Shown here piece after piece: positions 48,493 through 59,277 of a stretch of DNA of 64,000 bases (position 1 is its first letter; each line of letters begins with the position of its first letter). The stretch spans positions 288,001-352,000 of the forward strand of contig CAWHXY010000004.1 in NCBI GenBank assembly GCA_963833575.1, in the 5' to 3' direction. Source of the stretch: Candidatus Bathyarchaeota archaeon (lineage in GTDB: Archaea > Thermoproteota > Bathyarchaeia > Bathyarchaeales > Bathycorpusculaceae). A program made the position numbers and the translations under genes. Under the pieces are notes generated by a model. That model saw only the letters and a program-made list of their open reading frames with translations, was not told where the DNA came from and made no database searches.

Positions 48493-48903
48493 ATGCCGAT
48501 TAAATATTTTGAAGCGCCTGAAATTAAAAAACAAGTAGACCAGCTGGCTGAAGAATGCGAGTTCTACCACGTTGTACCCCAATTCGTTTACTGCATACGC
48601 AGCAGAGGTTCTAAAGCCAGACGCACTATTGCCCGCATTCATGGTTTAGGCAAAGTTTGGCAAGGCGTTCTGAACATGCCGGCGTCGTACACGATTGAAG
48701 TTATCTCGGAAGTTTATGACAGGATGTCACCTGAAGATAAAGAAAGAACATTGATTCATGAACTGATGCATATCCCAGGAGGATTTTCAGGAGGCTTTCG
48801 CCCGCACAAAGGATATGTGGAAAGAAAAAATGTCGAAGCAGTTTACAAGAAGCTTCAGAGTGATAGGGCTGCAAAAAAACAGAAACCGCTTTTTTTCGGG
48901 TAA
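48493..48903 (+). CDS. putative HExxH metallopeptidase (archaeal COG4900-like)
   Basis: RSRGSKARRTIARIHGL, LIHELMHIP, GGFRPH. Confidence 0.85.
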   Translation: MPIKYFEAPEIKKQVDQLAEECEFYHVVPQFVYCIRSRGSKARRTIARIHGLGKVWQGVLNMPASYTIEVISEVYDRMSPEDKERTLIHELMHIPGGFSGGFRPHKGYVERKNVEAVYKKLQSDRAAKKQKPLFFG

Positions 48904-49056
48904 ACTCTGCCATTTTCTTAACTTTTTTGAGCTTTGCAAGTAAGATTAAAGTTAGTCTCAAGTTTAACACCGAAAAGTAAAAAAAGCATGTAAAAACAAA
49001 TATTGACAAGACTTAAACGAACAAGTTCTATTCCATGAAATATTGAGGTTTAACAA

Positions 49057-50724
49057 ATGAAACACGTTATGAAAAGTCTGAAGCATAACGGAATATTCGT
49101 TCCAACTTACGATTACAAAGGCTTCACCATCAAAATTAACGGACAACCCGTAAAGTTGACTCCCAAAAGCGAGCAGATGGCGGTTGCCTGGGTACGAAAA
49201 ACCCTCTCAACTGTGTCGCCGCCAGACCAAGTTTTCAAACATAATTTCATGCGTGAATTTCTAAATGAAATCAAAGCTGAAAATCCTTCAGCCACCTTTC
49301 TGAACAATTTTGTTCCAAGTTACCTCCACAATATAGAGCATCCGCCAGCAACCCTAAACAACGGCAGCCAGCCAGCAAACCAGGAAATTGATTTCTCACA
49401 AGTCGCCAACTACATTGAAAGCGAAAAAGCCAAAAAAGAAGCCCTCACCAAAGAAATCAAAAAACAACAGGCTGAAGAACGCAAAGTTAAACGCTTGGAA
49501 TTCAAAGAAAAATATGGCTACGCCGAGGTTGATGGACAAAAGCTGGAGATTGCCAACTGGACATCTGAGCCATCATGCCTTTTTGCTGGTCGAGGAGATC
49601 ATCCGCAACGGGGCAAATGGAAGGATGGCCCAAGCGAATCTGACATTATTCTTAATTTACCTAAAGATGATAAAGGTAAACTCCTGGTTCCAAGGCCAGC
49701 TGGAAACTGGAAGGATATAGTTTGGGAACCTAACAAAATGTATGTTGCCAAATGGGAAGACAAGCTAACAGGAAAAATCAAATATGTCTGGTTTAGCGAC
49801 ACAGCATTTCTCAAACAAAATCGCGAAAAAGAAAAGTTCCAAAAAGCTGAAACATTGGGCAAACAAATCAAAACTATAGAGCAGCACATTTTGCGAAATC
49901 TTAATGATAAAGACGATTTGAGGCGCAAAACTGCAACTGTCGCGTGGCTTATTTTGGTGCCAAACATGAGGGTCGGCGACGAAAAAGACCCAGACGAAGC
50001 CGACACAGTAGGCGCCATAACACTCAGAGCCGAACACATCAAAATAGAAGGCAACATCATCCACTTCGACTTCCTCGGCAAAGACAGCGTCAGATGGATA
50101 AAAGACATACCAGCACCACCCGAAGTCATACGAAACCTACAGCACTACGCCAAAACAAGCAAAGAATACCTCTTCGAAGGCGTCGACTCCAAAATGGTCG
50201 CCCGATTTCTATCTGAAAAAATGCCGAAACTCACCGCTAAGGTTTTCCGTACATGGAGATGCACAAAAACCGTCCGAGAAGAATTAGAGAAAAGCGGAAT
50301 AACAAAAGAAGACCCAGATTACTGCAAGGTTTACGCCGCAAAAATGGCCAATTTCAAAGTCGCCGAAGTCGCAAACCACAAACGCAAAGTTCCACCAACC
50401 TTTGACCAGCGCTTAGAGAAGAAGGAAGCAAACATCAAATCATTAGAGGCGCAGCTTGTGGTGAAGAAGGCGGCTGGCAAAAAAACCGAAACATTAGAAA
50501 CTCGAATAAAGCGGGCCAAGCTTGACTTAGAACTAACCAAACTAACCAAAGAATACAATTTAGGAACATCGCTCAAATCTTACATTGACCCGACAGCTTA
50601 TGTGAAATGGGCTAAAAAAGTCAAGTTCGACGTCGAAAAATTCTACCCCACAACACTCCGAAACAAGTTCAGCTGGGCACTGCAGAGCGGCAAAGCGCAA
50701 GCAGCCGAGTGCATAACTGCATGA
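49057..50724 (+). CDS. DNA topoisomerase IB (eukaryote-like)
   Basis: LKHNGI, F.GRGDHPQRGKWK, MRVGDEK, FDFLGKDSV, LTAKVFRT, NH, LGTSLKSYIDP (full catalytic pentad). Confidence 0.95.
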   Translation: MKHVMKSLKHNGIFVPTYDYKGFTIKINGQPVKLTPKSEQMAVAWVRKTLSTVSPPDQVFKHNFMREFLNEIKAENPSATFLNNFVPSYLHNIEHPPATLNNGSQPANQEIDFSQVANYIESEKAKKEALTKEIKKQQAEERKVKRLEFKEKYGYAEVDGQKLEIANWTSEPSCLFAGRGDHPQRGKWKDGPSESDIILNLPKDDKGKLLVPRPAGNWKDIVWEPNKMYVAKWEDKLTGKIKYVWFSDTAFLKQNREKEKFQKAETLGKQIKTIEQHILRNLNDKDDLRRKTATVAWLILVPNMRVGDEKDPDEADTVGAITLRAEHIKIEGNIIHFDFLGKDSVRWIKDIPAPPEVIRNLQHYAKTSKEYLFEGVDSKMVARFLSEKMPKLTAKVFRTWRCTKTVREELEKSGITKEDPDYCKVYAAKMANFKVAEVANHKRKVPPTFDQRLEKKEANIKSLEAQLVVKKAAGKKTETLETRIKRAKLDLELTKLTKEYNLGTSLKSYIDPTAYVKWAKKVKFDVEKFYPTTLRNKFSWALQSGKAQAAECITA

Positions 50725-50996
50725 GCATCGCTGAGAACAAAGATGGCATAATCATCACAATTTATGTTAAACCCAACTCCCCCAAATTCAAAGTTGAGCT
50801 TGACGGCGACGAAATCATTGTCCACTCAACCGAGGAACCAGTCAAGGGCAAAGTCAACAAGGAAATTTTGAAAGAATTTACCAAACTTTTGCGAGTAAAA
50901 GTTGAGCTTGCCTCAGGCGCCACCTCAAAACAGAAGCAGCTATCTGTAAAAGGCATAAGCAAGAACCAAGCGATGCAGCTTTTGCAGTTACTGTAG
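50721..50996 (+). CDS. DUF167 (YggU-like) protein
   Basis: VKPNS, EPVKGKVNKEI, SGATSKQK; overlaps the TopIB stop. Confidence 0.85.
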   Translation: MSIAENKDGIIITIYVKPNSPKFKVELDGDEIIVHSTEEPVKGKVNKEILKEFTKLLRVKVELASGATSKQKQLSVKGISKNQAMQLLQLL

Positions 50997-51291
50997 TTGT
51001 GTACAACAGGATATATTACGAGAATCGAAATATCCCTTATATGCAAAACAAGCCCATGAGTAAGATGGAAAGAAATGTAGTTCAAGGGAAAGGGGCAAAC
51101 CCCCAATCACCTTACCCCAAAAACATTAGCACGAAACAATTTTGATGATTGCCTTTTCTGCAAATACGCTTTATGGTTAGTTTTTAGGTTGATAGCTGTT
51201 AGCAAAAGATTTTTTGCATAACCCATAGGATGCTCTGTCTTTAAGAATCGCAAATGTTTTTAGATTAATCAGGCTATTAGAAGGATCGTTT

Positions 51292-51591
51292 ATGAAAACA
51301 CTTGATGAGATAAAAGTTCAATTGGAGTCTGTTAAACCTGTTCTTCAAGAGAAATTTCAAGTGGAAGCCATCGGTATTTTTGGTTCTTATTCTCAGGGGC
51401 AACAGAAACAAAAAAGTGACGTAGACATCCTTGTTTCCTTTAGACAACCGAATGATATTGACCTTTTGGATTTTATCGCTTTGAAACAGTTTCTAAGCCG
51501 AAAACTCAAAACAAAAGTGGACCTAGTTGAGAAACAAGCTTTGAAGACTCGAATTAAAGATAGAATACTACAAGAGACAATCTATGTATGA
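51292..51591 (+). CDS. minimal nucleotidyltransferase (MNT) antitoxin
   Basis: GIFGSYSQG....SDVDILV, KVDLV. Confidence 0.9.
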   Translation: MKTLDEIKVQLESVKPVLQEKFQVEAIGIFGSYSQGQQKQKSDVDILVSFRQPNDIDLLDFIALKQFLSRKLKTKVDLVEKQALKTRIKDRILQETIYV

Positions 51592-51926
51592 CAAGAGACA
51601 CAAAACTGTATTTTGAAGACATCTTGAAGTCAATCCAAGAGGTTGAGGACTTTATGAAAAACCTCTCTTGTGACCAATTCTCAAAAGATACCAAAGCAAT
51701 TAGGGCAGTAACAATGGATTTTATTGTAATTGGCGAAGCAGCCAAGCATGTGCCTGCTGAAGTTAGAAAAAGATGCCCGGAAATTCCTTGGTCAAAGGTG
51801 GTTGGAATGAGAAACATTTTAACCCATGACTACCCTGAAACCAACATTGAAATAATATGGAAAACAGCGAAGAAACGCCTACCAGTTTTGAAACCTATAA
51901 TTGAAGAGTTGCTGAATGAACATTGA
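51588..51926 (+). CDS. HEPN/DUF86 (HepT-like) RNase toxin
   Basis: [18 protein letters not shown] (RX4H). Confidence 0.9.
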   Translation: MTRDTKLYFEDILKSIQEVEDFMKNLSCDQFSKDTKAIRAVTMDFIVIGEAAKHVPAEVRKRCPEIPWSKVVGMRNILTHDYPETNIEIIWKTAKKRLPVLKPIIEELLNEH

Positions 51927-51978
51927 TTTAGGTAATTTTTTTGTCGACTAATTTTGAGTCAGTTGCTTAAAAGATTCT

Positions 51979-53191
51979 TTGTTAAATTTCAACCCTCAAA
52001 CTGACATATTATTGCAATACAGAAAACTTATCAACCAAGCCCAAAATATAGCGAAGCATATGACGGTTCAAAATTCATTGGCTTATCTGGACAAAGCACT
52101 TTCAGAAAATCCACCTTTAAGAAAAATAGTCGTTGAAACCTATCCCGAAGAATACTTGAAAATTCTTGACCGGCTTTTTCAAGAATTGTATTCCAATGGA
52201 TGTAAAGGAATCGAAACTAAATTTTATGAAACCTCACCAGAGTTGTTTAGGTTTCAGGCTACAATATCAGAAATGGATTTTGCGATGTTTTTCATTAAGA
52301 ATAAGATGCCTGTTGAGCTCTTATCTAACAACTTTTTCCAAGGAAGAATGGCTCCAGATATACATGGTATCGGTAAATCGAGAGAATACTATGTGGAAGT
52401 AAAAAAATATAGAACTTGACGAGGAACAGCACAATTTTGGTTGTAAGATTGCAGAATACCTGAATTCTATTAAATTATCATATATGGTCGTATTAAAAGC
52501 AGCCACATGTTTGTCAATGCCAGCATACATAGCGGAAGAACGGAAGAAAAAAGAGATTATTTGTGCAGAAACCTTTGAGGATTTTAAGGAAAAAGTAAAA
52601 GGACTCACCCAAGGTGCCTCAAAAATCTCTATTGAAATGGAAAATGCTGATATTGATTTACATCCCACAAAAAAAGACAACTCCTATCTTGGCATCTCTA
52701 CTATGAAAGAAGCCATATCACAACCGGATAACTATAGCCAAAGAATTAGGTATGATATTACCAGCAAAGCTCAAAAAAGGTCATTTTGGAAAGGCAAAGA
52801 ACTTGACTGCTTATTCATTATCGCATTAAAGGATAATTCGTGGCTTTTTGGTATCGATGAGTATAATGTAGATTTGTTTGGACACTGTCATTATTATATG
52901 CCCCCTCTGAAGCCCCCAAAAATAGAAATTGACACAAAATTGGCACAAGCAATTGCTCGAGGCTGGAAGGATTACATGACAAAAATATGTATACTGAATA
53001 ATAATTCCTCAGTTATAATCGAGAATCAAAGAGGCATGTTTTTCACAGAGCCAATCCTAACTAATGTCACTGCTATTATTGTTGAAAGCAAGCAGCGTCA
53101 TTTTCTATTGGCAAATCCCTTTGCCGATGAGAGAATTAACGCGCCCATTGTACTTCAAGAGGTCGGTAACACAATAACGGGATGGGAATAG
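51979..53191 (+). pseudogene. hypothetical PD-(D/E)xK-like protein split by a frameshift in an A7 run
   Basis: APDIHG...YYVEVK. Deleting one A at 52401-52407 joins 51979-52419 via KNIELDEEQH... to 52484-53191. Confidence 0.65.
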
Positions 53192-53391
53192 GTCAACTTT
53201 GCTTTTCATTTAAAAAGCGAGTATAATCATACTAAGGAAAAGCGAATGGAAAAGAAACAAAAATCTATTTTTTTGGCAAGGATTTTCTTTCGGCAAGAAA
53301 GAACTGAGGGGCTCAATTCCCATACCCAGCTCCAAATGTTCGTTGAAAACAGTTAATGTCAACTGTTTACCGTTCTAATATCCATTGAATT

Positions 53392-54660
53392 TTAGGTTTG
53401 TTGTTTGAATCTAAGCATTGCAGCTATACCGCCAAAGGCATTCTTTAGCATTTGTCCTTCTTCAGTTTCAGTGGAAATAACTTCTACATCAGTGTTCCCA
53501 AGTTCGGCCAACTCAGCTAAGTCGTCGACCACGTCTTTTTTATCTATAACTGTAAAGGAGGGTGCACTGCATTTGGCGCATGGTTTGCCGATGAGACCTT
53601 TCTCGAAATCAGCTACTTGTTCTTTTTTTAGGGTGTGTTGTTCTTCGTAGCCGCATGCGCTGCATTTAACGGTGACACGGATCAAATCTAAGCTTTCTGA
53701 CAGGATAAGTAAACGAACCGCTCCTGATTGCAGTAGCCGCCTTACTTCGGCTTCACCGTAAGTTATCATGCCGGTGTCGTGGCCTACTTCGTAGAGGAAT
53801 TTTTGCATGATTGCTTTTTCTTCGATGTAGCGAACTTTCTTCATGATCTCTGGGGCTTTATCCATTACTTCTTTAACGCCTTGTTCCTCGACGTAAGCGG
53901 TGTCCACGACATCGAGGATTTTGTCTTTTAGTTGGTAGTTTAGGTAGCCTCCTTTCTCAAAATCATATTTTGTCGGTCCAGGACCACCAAGAATAATGCC
54001 TTTTAAATTGTCAAGTGGCAAGAAAGCTTCGTTCGCATGGACCCCAACACGGGTAAAGTACTCGTTTAACTGCATGTCTCTTAAGCGTTCATATCGTCGG
54101 GCTGATTGTCCACCTGCCTTAGTTTTGCCTGTAACACCTGAATGCATCTGGCGAACAATGTCTAGTCGTTTGCCCTGCAATATTGCAATGCTAGCGTTGT
54201 TAGCATCCACCAGCAAGATGCCGTAGCTTTCTTTTTCCCGCAGCATTTCCTGCAGATGTTCAGTGTGGAAACGTGAGTCACATCGATAAAGGAAAATTCG
54301 AATTGGTTCAGGCGGAACAATAACGTAGGCTTCCATGCGTTCTGTACCAGGCGCAGCACCTTCAGCTAAGAGGGCCCCAGTAAAAATTACTATGCCTTTC
54401 TCTCCAGGATCTTTAAACAGTTTGAGTTTTTGCTGGGCTTTAGTGATTGCGTCGAGTACGTTTTTGCGTGTAACGTTTGATTTGATGTTGCTGGCAGTTC
54501 CATATTCGTTGCGAAGAAGGTTTAATGCGTCGCTGATTTGTTTGCCCGGCGGAACATAAACAGTGATTAGTTCTGTGTGGCTGCCTTCTTTGCTGGCTAG
54601 AGAGTTAAGTGTTTTTCTTAGCCTGAATAGTTCAAGGGACGATTTTTTCGCTGTACTCAA
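53392..54660 (-). CDS. prf1: peptide chain release factor aRF1
   Basis: TASNIKS, YRCDSRF, GGQSARR, GGPGPTK, FGGIAAMLRF. Confidence 0.97.
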   Translation of the reverse strand: MSTAKKSSLELFRLRKTLNSLASKEGSHTELITVYVPPGKQISDALNLLRNEYGTASNIKSNVTRKNVLDAITKAQQKLKLFKDPGEKGIVIFTGALLAEGAAPGTERMEAYVIVPPEPIRIFLYRCDSRFHTEHLQEMLREKESYGILLVDANNASIAILQGKRLDIVRQMHSGVTGKTKAGGQSARRYERLRDMQLNEYFTRVGVHANEAFLPLDNLKGIILGGPGPTKYDFEKGGYLNYQLKDKILDVVDTAYVEEQGVKEVMDKAPEIMKKVRYIEEKAIMQKFLYEVGHDTGMITYGEAEVRRLLQSGAVRLLILSESLDLIRVTVKCSACGYEEQHTLKKEQVADFEKGLIGKPCAKCSAPSFTVIDKKDVVDDLAELAELGNTDVEVISTETEEGQMLKNAFGGIAAMLRFKQQT

Positions 54661-54742
54661 TTAATTTCACTAAATCTGTCGGTATTGGATAAGTAACGTT
54701 AAAAGGAACAAAATAAAAGTTCCGACTAAAAAATGGAACCTG

Positions 54743-55759
54743 TTACGCTTTTGGCTTGGCTGGGGGTGCCGCTGCTGGTTCAGGCATGGGTGCGCCAATG
54801 GCTTCTCTGAGGTAAGCCTTGAAAGGACCTAATTTTCCACCGTAATTGCCTGAGGAAATCTTTACAACTCCGGGTACGCCTATTGCTGCGGTAACTCCTT
54901 CTTTCATGCCTTTTTTGACAGCGTCCAGTGACAGCCCGTTCATGACTATTTCGTAGACGCATGTTACGCCTTCTGGAACAACACTGTCAGGCACTAATGT
55001 ACGCAAAGTTGGGCAGTAAACATGGTTAGTTGAAGCTTTCAGTTTGTATTTGAGTGAGCCAGCTTTGCTTCCTGCGCGGCAAACTCCTCCTGGAAACTGC
55101 ATAATTACGTCAGGAGCATTTGCGCGGATTGCATCTGCTGCAGCTTCAGCCGCTAAAAGTCCAGATGTCTGATCTTTCGCAAATATCATAAAGTTGCCGC
55201 CTGCAACCGCTTCCATGGCGCCAAACCCGTTTTCAACAAAGAAGTTGCCTTCCATAACGGGGATTTTCCAGCATTTTCTTCCGCCATACATGGCTTTTTT
55301 CTGGAACCCATCGCCGAAATAACGTAGGCTGTTGCCAACATCTAATGTGCGTTTACTCTTGTCTAAGCCGTTGAAGGCTGCAGTTGTCGGGCAAGTTAGA
55401 GTGCATTGGCCGATACGCTGCATTAGTTGGTGCTTGAGTTCAAAGCGGTCTCGGTTATAAATTTGAATAAGTACTCCAGGCCGTTTGTCAGGTGTCTGGT
55501 CTGCAGGAACAGTTCGTTCGACTGCTGCTTCCGCAGTCGCCTCAATTACGCTTGTAGCAAAACCTGTAGTTAAAGATCCGGCAATTAATGCCCATTTTTC
55601 GCTTTGAGCTGTAATTAAGACTCTTCCTGCCCAAAGACCAAACATTTCTGCAAAGGTGTCTTGAACCTGCACAACGTTTCCTTTGGGTGATTTTACGTAA
55701 AACATTTTTTCTTTATCGTCATAGCTTTGGATTTCAAGCGGATTAGTGTTTGAGGACAT
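54743..55759 (-). CDS. ftr: formylmethanofuran:tetrahydromethanopterin formyltransferase
   Basis: DTFAEMF, TGFATSVI, TPDKRPG, RIGQCTLTCPT, GGNF, ASTN, YEIV, GNYGGKLG. Confidence 0.93.
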   Translation of the reverse strand: MSSNTNPLEIQSYDDKEKMFYVKSPKGNVVQVQDTFAEMFGLWAGRVLITAQSEKWALIAGSLTTGFATSVIEATAEAAVERTVPADQTPDKRPGVLIQIYNRDRFELKHQLMQRIGQCTLTCPTTAAFNGLDKSKRTLDVGNSLRYFGDGFQKKAMYGGRKCWKIPVMEGNFFVENGFGAMEAVAGGNFMIFAKDQTSGLLAAEAAADAIRANAPDVIMQFPGGVCRAGSKAGSLKYKLKASTNHVYCPTLRTLVPDSVVPEGVTCVYEIVMNGLSLDAVKKGMKEGVTAAIGVPGVVKISSGNYGGKLGPFKAYLREAIGAPMPEPAAAPPAKPKA

Positions 55760-55899
55760 TGACTGGACCTTGCAGTTCAGTTGGGAATTGTGTAATTTAA
55801 GAGTTTTCGTGAATGACTGAGACTTTTCCCGTTTTTTAACGCCAATTATTAATGATTTTTACTTCTTCGATGAAGGTTATCGGGTTTTTAGTGTGCGGT

Positions 55900-57918
55900 T
55901 TATTTCTTTTTTCTAAAATAGACTAATACTGTTAGCGAGGCGCCCAAAAAAATCGCTAAGATAATTGGGAAAGTTGGAATCTCGGGAATATTAGTTGTCG
56001 TTGAAGATGTTGGAGATATTGTCCGGGTTGGGGATGGTGTAGGACTTGCAGTTGGAGTTGGGTCTGGAGTAGCTTCAGGGGTTTGTGTTGGTGAAGGTGT
56101 TGGCGAGGGTGTGGGCGTTGGACTTGGGGTAGGCGTTGGGCTGGGAGTGGGAGTAGGAACAGGAGAAGTCGATACTGAGATTATGTGTGATGTTACCACG
56201 TTGGTAAAAGTGTAATTTCCCGTTATAGGTTGTTGAGAGCCGTCAACTAAGACTTGGGTTATTACATAGCCGTCGTTGGCTGAGTAATTGAATGTTTGAT
56301 TATCGCCGTAGTTGACATTGATTGAGCCTGAAGGGGTTATGTTGCTGAAAGAATCGCTTGAGGAAGAAATTGTTGTGTTGCTTGTTGTTCCGATATAAAG
56401 TCGTGAGCTTGGAAGTTCAGATATAAGGGTTTCAGAGGTAATGCTGTTCCAATCATCTGCGAAAGTTAACCGCCAAACACCGGAACTGTTTAGATTATAC
56501 TCAAAAATATTGGTTCCGAACATTGATTGGAACGTTCCAGGGGAACCTACACTTAAAGTCAAGGTATGGCTTGTGAGATTTATGTTGCATAGACCACCGT
56601 CAATTACGTTATTAATATCCTCATATGTGCAATCCTGTAAAGGCACAGCCAATGAACCCGTTACTGGGACGGTAGAAAGCAGCAATAATAGAACTGCTCC
56701 GTCTGCCGTAGCTTCTACACTAACCGGAACATCAGAATGCATCCTAAACATGTTGGTGGAATTATCAAATAATTTGCTTTGCAGCGTTAAATTCCAGGCT
56801 GGGGCTGGGCCTGCTGAGCCACCTAATAATCCCTGCACTTGACTCTGCATAGAACTGTTCATGCTACCGTAAAATCCAAGCATTGCAGCCCAAGATACAA
56901 TGGTGTTCTCAAGCCTCTCCTGAGGGTTACCGCTAGAACCATTAACACCCGTTGCATGAACAACAACGTAGTCTTTCCATTGAGGACTACTCCAATTTTG
57001 GTTAAGCGCTCTGGTTTCCATGTCAGCAAGCAAATTACTTGCATTTGAGATCGATGGGGCATAATACTGAAGTTTCCAAATAACCTGATCCATTGAACCA
57101 GCTTCACATTCGAAACAAGCCCAATCAATAGCATATTTGTAAAAGTTCCCGCCTGAATAATCCCAGTTATCCCAAAGATTGGAATTAGTCCAATTCCACC
57201 AATATTGAGCCTGTGTCAGCCCATCAGGCATACCCAGTAACCAAAAGGTCAAGTACATATCAATTGTCTCTGAGGCTTCATCATAATATCTAGGTCCGTA
57301 CCCTATGCCCCAACCCACAAGATTGGAGCCGACGCAAAGAACTGGTTTACCATAAGCGGTAACACTTTTATTAAATACTGAATATGCCGTCGAAAGGTTC
57401 CATTTAGATGTTTCATAACCTAATTGGGCAGCCCATTGATAGGCGTACAAATCGTATCTATTATAGACAAGAAAAGAAGCAAGTCCAGAGTTAGAATAAT
57501 CAAATGGTAACCCGCCAACATTAGGCAACATCGGCATTTTATCTAATGCTGATTCTACCGTTGTTGCATTGATGCTGACTTCGAATTTGCTTAGTTCAAA
57601 ATACCAATAAAACACTTCTTCAGCTGCGGAAACTGAAGTTATGTTAATAGAATCAACTGCCGTTTGAAGTTGATTGATTGTAGTTTGCCCTAATGCAATT
57701 CCATCGTAAATTGTTTGGAGGCTAGAATTCCAACCGACATTAGTGCTTATACTGTTTTCCAAAGATGCTATCATCGAATCTGAACCTGCTGACTGAGAAG
57801 AAATAGTGGTCACTTCACCACCAGCAAAAACTAATGCTCCAACAAAGCAGCTAAAAACTAAAAGGGTCACAAGACACAAAGTCGAAATCTTTGTCATTTC
57901 CGAAGTTTTTTTGGTCAT
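55900..57918 (-). CDS. secreted surface protein with Pro/Thr linker and IPE-TM anchor
   Basis: Signal peptide, Trp/Tyr-rich domain, small repeat domain (GDNQTF...VDG...YTFTNV), PTPS repeats, IPEIP + TM + RKKK. Confidence 0.8.
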   Translation of the reverse strand: MTKKTSEMTKISTLCLVTLLVFSCFVGALVFAGGEVTTISSQSAGSDSMIASLENSISTNVGWNSSLQTIYDGIALGQTTINQLQTAVDSINITSVSAAEEVFYWYFELSKFEVSINATTVESALDKMPMLPNVGGLPFDYSNSGLASFLVYNRYDLYAYQWAAQLGYETSKWNLSTAYSVFNKSVTAYGKPVLCVGSNLVGWGIGYGPRYYDEASETIDMYLTFWLLGMPDGLTQAQYWWNWTNSNLWDNWDYSGGNFYKYAIDWACFECEAGSMDQVIWKLQYYAPSISNASNLLADMETRALNQNWSSPQWKDYVVVHATGVNGSSGNPQERLENTIVSWAAMLGFYGSMNSSMQSQVQGLLGGSAGPAPAWNLTLQSKLFDNSTNMFRMHSDVPVSVEATADGAVLLLLLSTVPVTGSLAVPLQDCTYEDINNVIDGGLCNINLTSHTLTLSVGSPGTFQSMFGTNIFEYNLNSSGVWRLTFADDWNSITSETLISELPSSRLYIGTTSNTTISSSSDSFSNITPSGSINVNYGDNQTFNYSANDGYVITQVLVDGSQQPITGNYTFTNVVTSHIISVSTSPVPTPTPSPTPTPSPTPTPSPTPSPTQTPEATPDPTPTASPTPSPTRTISPTSSTTTNIPEIPTFPIILAIFLGASLTVLVYFRKKK

Positions 57919-58138
57919 GCATCGTCAGCTAACATCATAGTTTTTCCAGGACTGAAATTGGCTGTTGCTTGATGCGAGTTAAGAGCCACTCTGCGCCTGT
58001 ATAGCAACCGAGAGATACCCAATACCAATCGCTCATAAGCTTCTCATCTAAACTTCATCATTAAGTTTACGCATTTAAAATAAAGACAAAAACTAGAATT
58101 TACATTTAATTACGTTGAAGCCTATCTTAAAAAATATT

Positions 58139-58843
58139 TCATGGCTCAACTTTGATTATTTGTGGGATTTTTCCTGCAGTCCCAACTTGACCCTTATAAA
58201 TTATAAACACACCTAATACACCTTGTATCGCCAATCCTTTGCTTATTCCTTCGTTAATTGCCGCCTGCACGTCTTCGCCTTTAATTACGTTGCCTACCGA
58301 TGTTGCTGCTGCATCGGCTAAAGCAGCGTTTTTGCAAAAAATCGTTGCTACCTCAGCATCACCAAAACTAAATGCATGACTAAAGCGTCCCGAACTAGTT
58401 GCGACGCCAATTGGGAAGTCTATAAGTCGAAAACCGAACTTTTTTGATAGTGGTTCTTCTCCAGCGGCGACAGCTACATCAATTGGGATGTTTGATGTTG
58501 CTGAGATTTCTCCACCGTTTTCTACAACAGCCACTTCACACCCAGTATCGATCATTTCATCTACTGCCAAATCTGCAATAACACCCGCCACTGCCGCCAT
58601 GGGTCCAACGTCTGCCTTTTCTGCGGCTTGAGCCATCAACTTTGCAACAATTGGTTTTTCAGGCGGAGGGATTGGTTTGAGAGAATACAGAAATTTTGGG
58701 TTTGCCATAGTGTAGATTTCGAGTTCTTGTCTGTTGCGTTTGATTGATCCGATAGCGGTTTGAATCGCTCTTTGCTTGTCAGAAATTATGGTACATTGAG
58801 ATTCTTTTAAAACAAAGTTTTCTTTGAAGAGGTTACGGGTCAT
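58139..58843 (-). CDS. UPF0280 ApbE-like protein
   Basis: VGPMAAVAG, ENGGEI, GVATSSG, SFGDA, ADAAAT. Confidence 0.9.
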   Translation of the reverse strand: MTRNLFKENFVLKESQCTIISDKQRAIQTAIGSIKRNRQELEIYTMANPKFLYSLKPIPPPEKPIVAKLMAQAAEKADVGPMAAVAGVIADLAVDEMIDTGCEVAVVENGGEISATSNIPIDVAVAAGEEPLSKKFGFRLIDFPIGVATSSGRFSHAFSFGDAEVATIFCKNAALADAAATSVGNVIKGEDVQAAINEGISKGLAIQGVLGVFIIYKGQVGTAGKIPQIIKVEP

Positions 58844-59274
58844 TTGTTTTTCCTATTATTCGCTGATTGATCATTGTTATTTGGTTTGACTGATTTTATG
58901 GCTCTTGCTGGGCATGCGTCAACGCAAATACTGCAGGTGCTACCGACGCATTTTTCCTTGTCAAATACTACAGTGGAATCATAGTCTACATGTATAGCTT
59001 CGACAGGGCAGAGAGCGACACATGAGCCGCAGCTAAAACATTTCTCTGAGTCAACTTCGATGAGTTTAGGCACTGTTACTGAGATGCCTCTTTCTCTGAA
59101 AGCTTTCACTATTGTTTCTTGTTGCTCGTCTGGGATTTCAGCGAGAATTTCTCCGCCTTTTGAGTTCATGTGTGCGGACAAAATGATCATTGGCACTTTG
59201 TATTCTATGATTATTTGGGATGCTATAGGCTGGGATACTTGTTCTTCTGAGAATCTGATTAGAATACGTGCCAT
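58840..59274 (-). CDS. NIL domain + 4Fe-4S ferredoxin (MA1822-like partner)
   Basis: N-terminal NIL-like region; CFSCGSCVALCP and CVG..CSICVDACP. Confidence 0.85.
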   Translation of the reverse strand: MARILIRFSEEQVSQPIASQIIIEYKVPMIILSAHMNSKGGEILAEIPDEQQETIVKAFRERGISVTVPKLIEVDSEKCFSCGSCVALCPVEAIHVDYDSTVVFDKEKCVGSTCSICVDACPARAIKSVKPNNNDQSANNRKNK

Positions 59275-59277
59275 GCT

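Noticed and set aside
54743-55759. ftr as evidence of methanogenesis
   Set aside because: Ftr belongs to the H4MPT C1 branch common in non-methanogenic archaea; there are no mcr or mtr genes in the window.
56020-56165. Tandem GGTGT/GGAGT-like repeats
   Set aside because: They encode the Pro/Thr linker of a surface protein; not CRISPR or a non-coding repeat.
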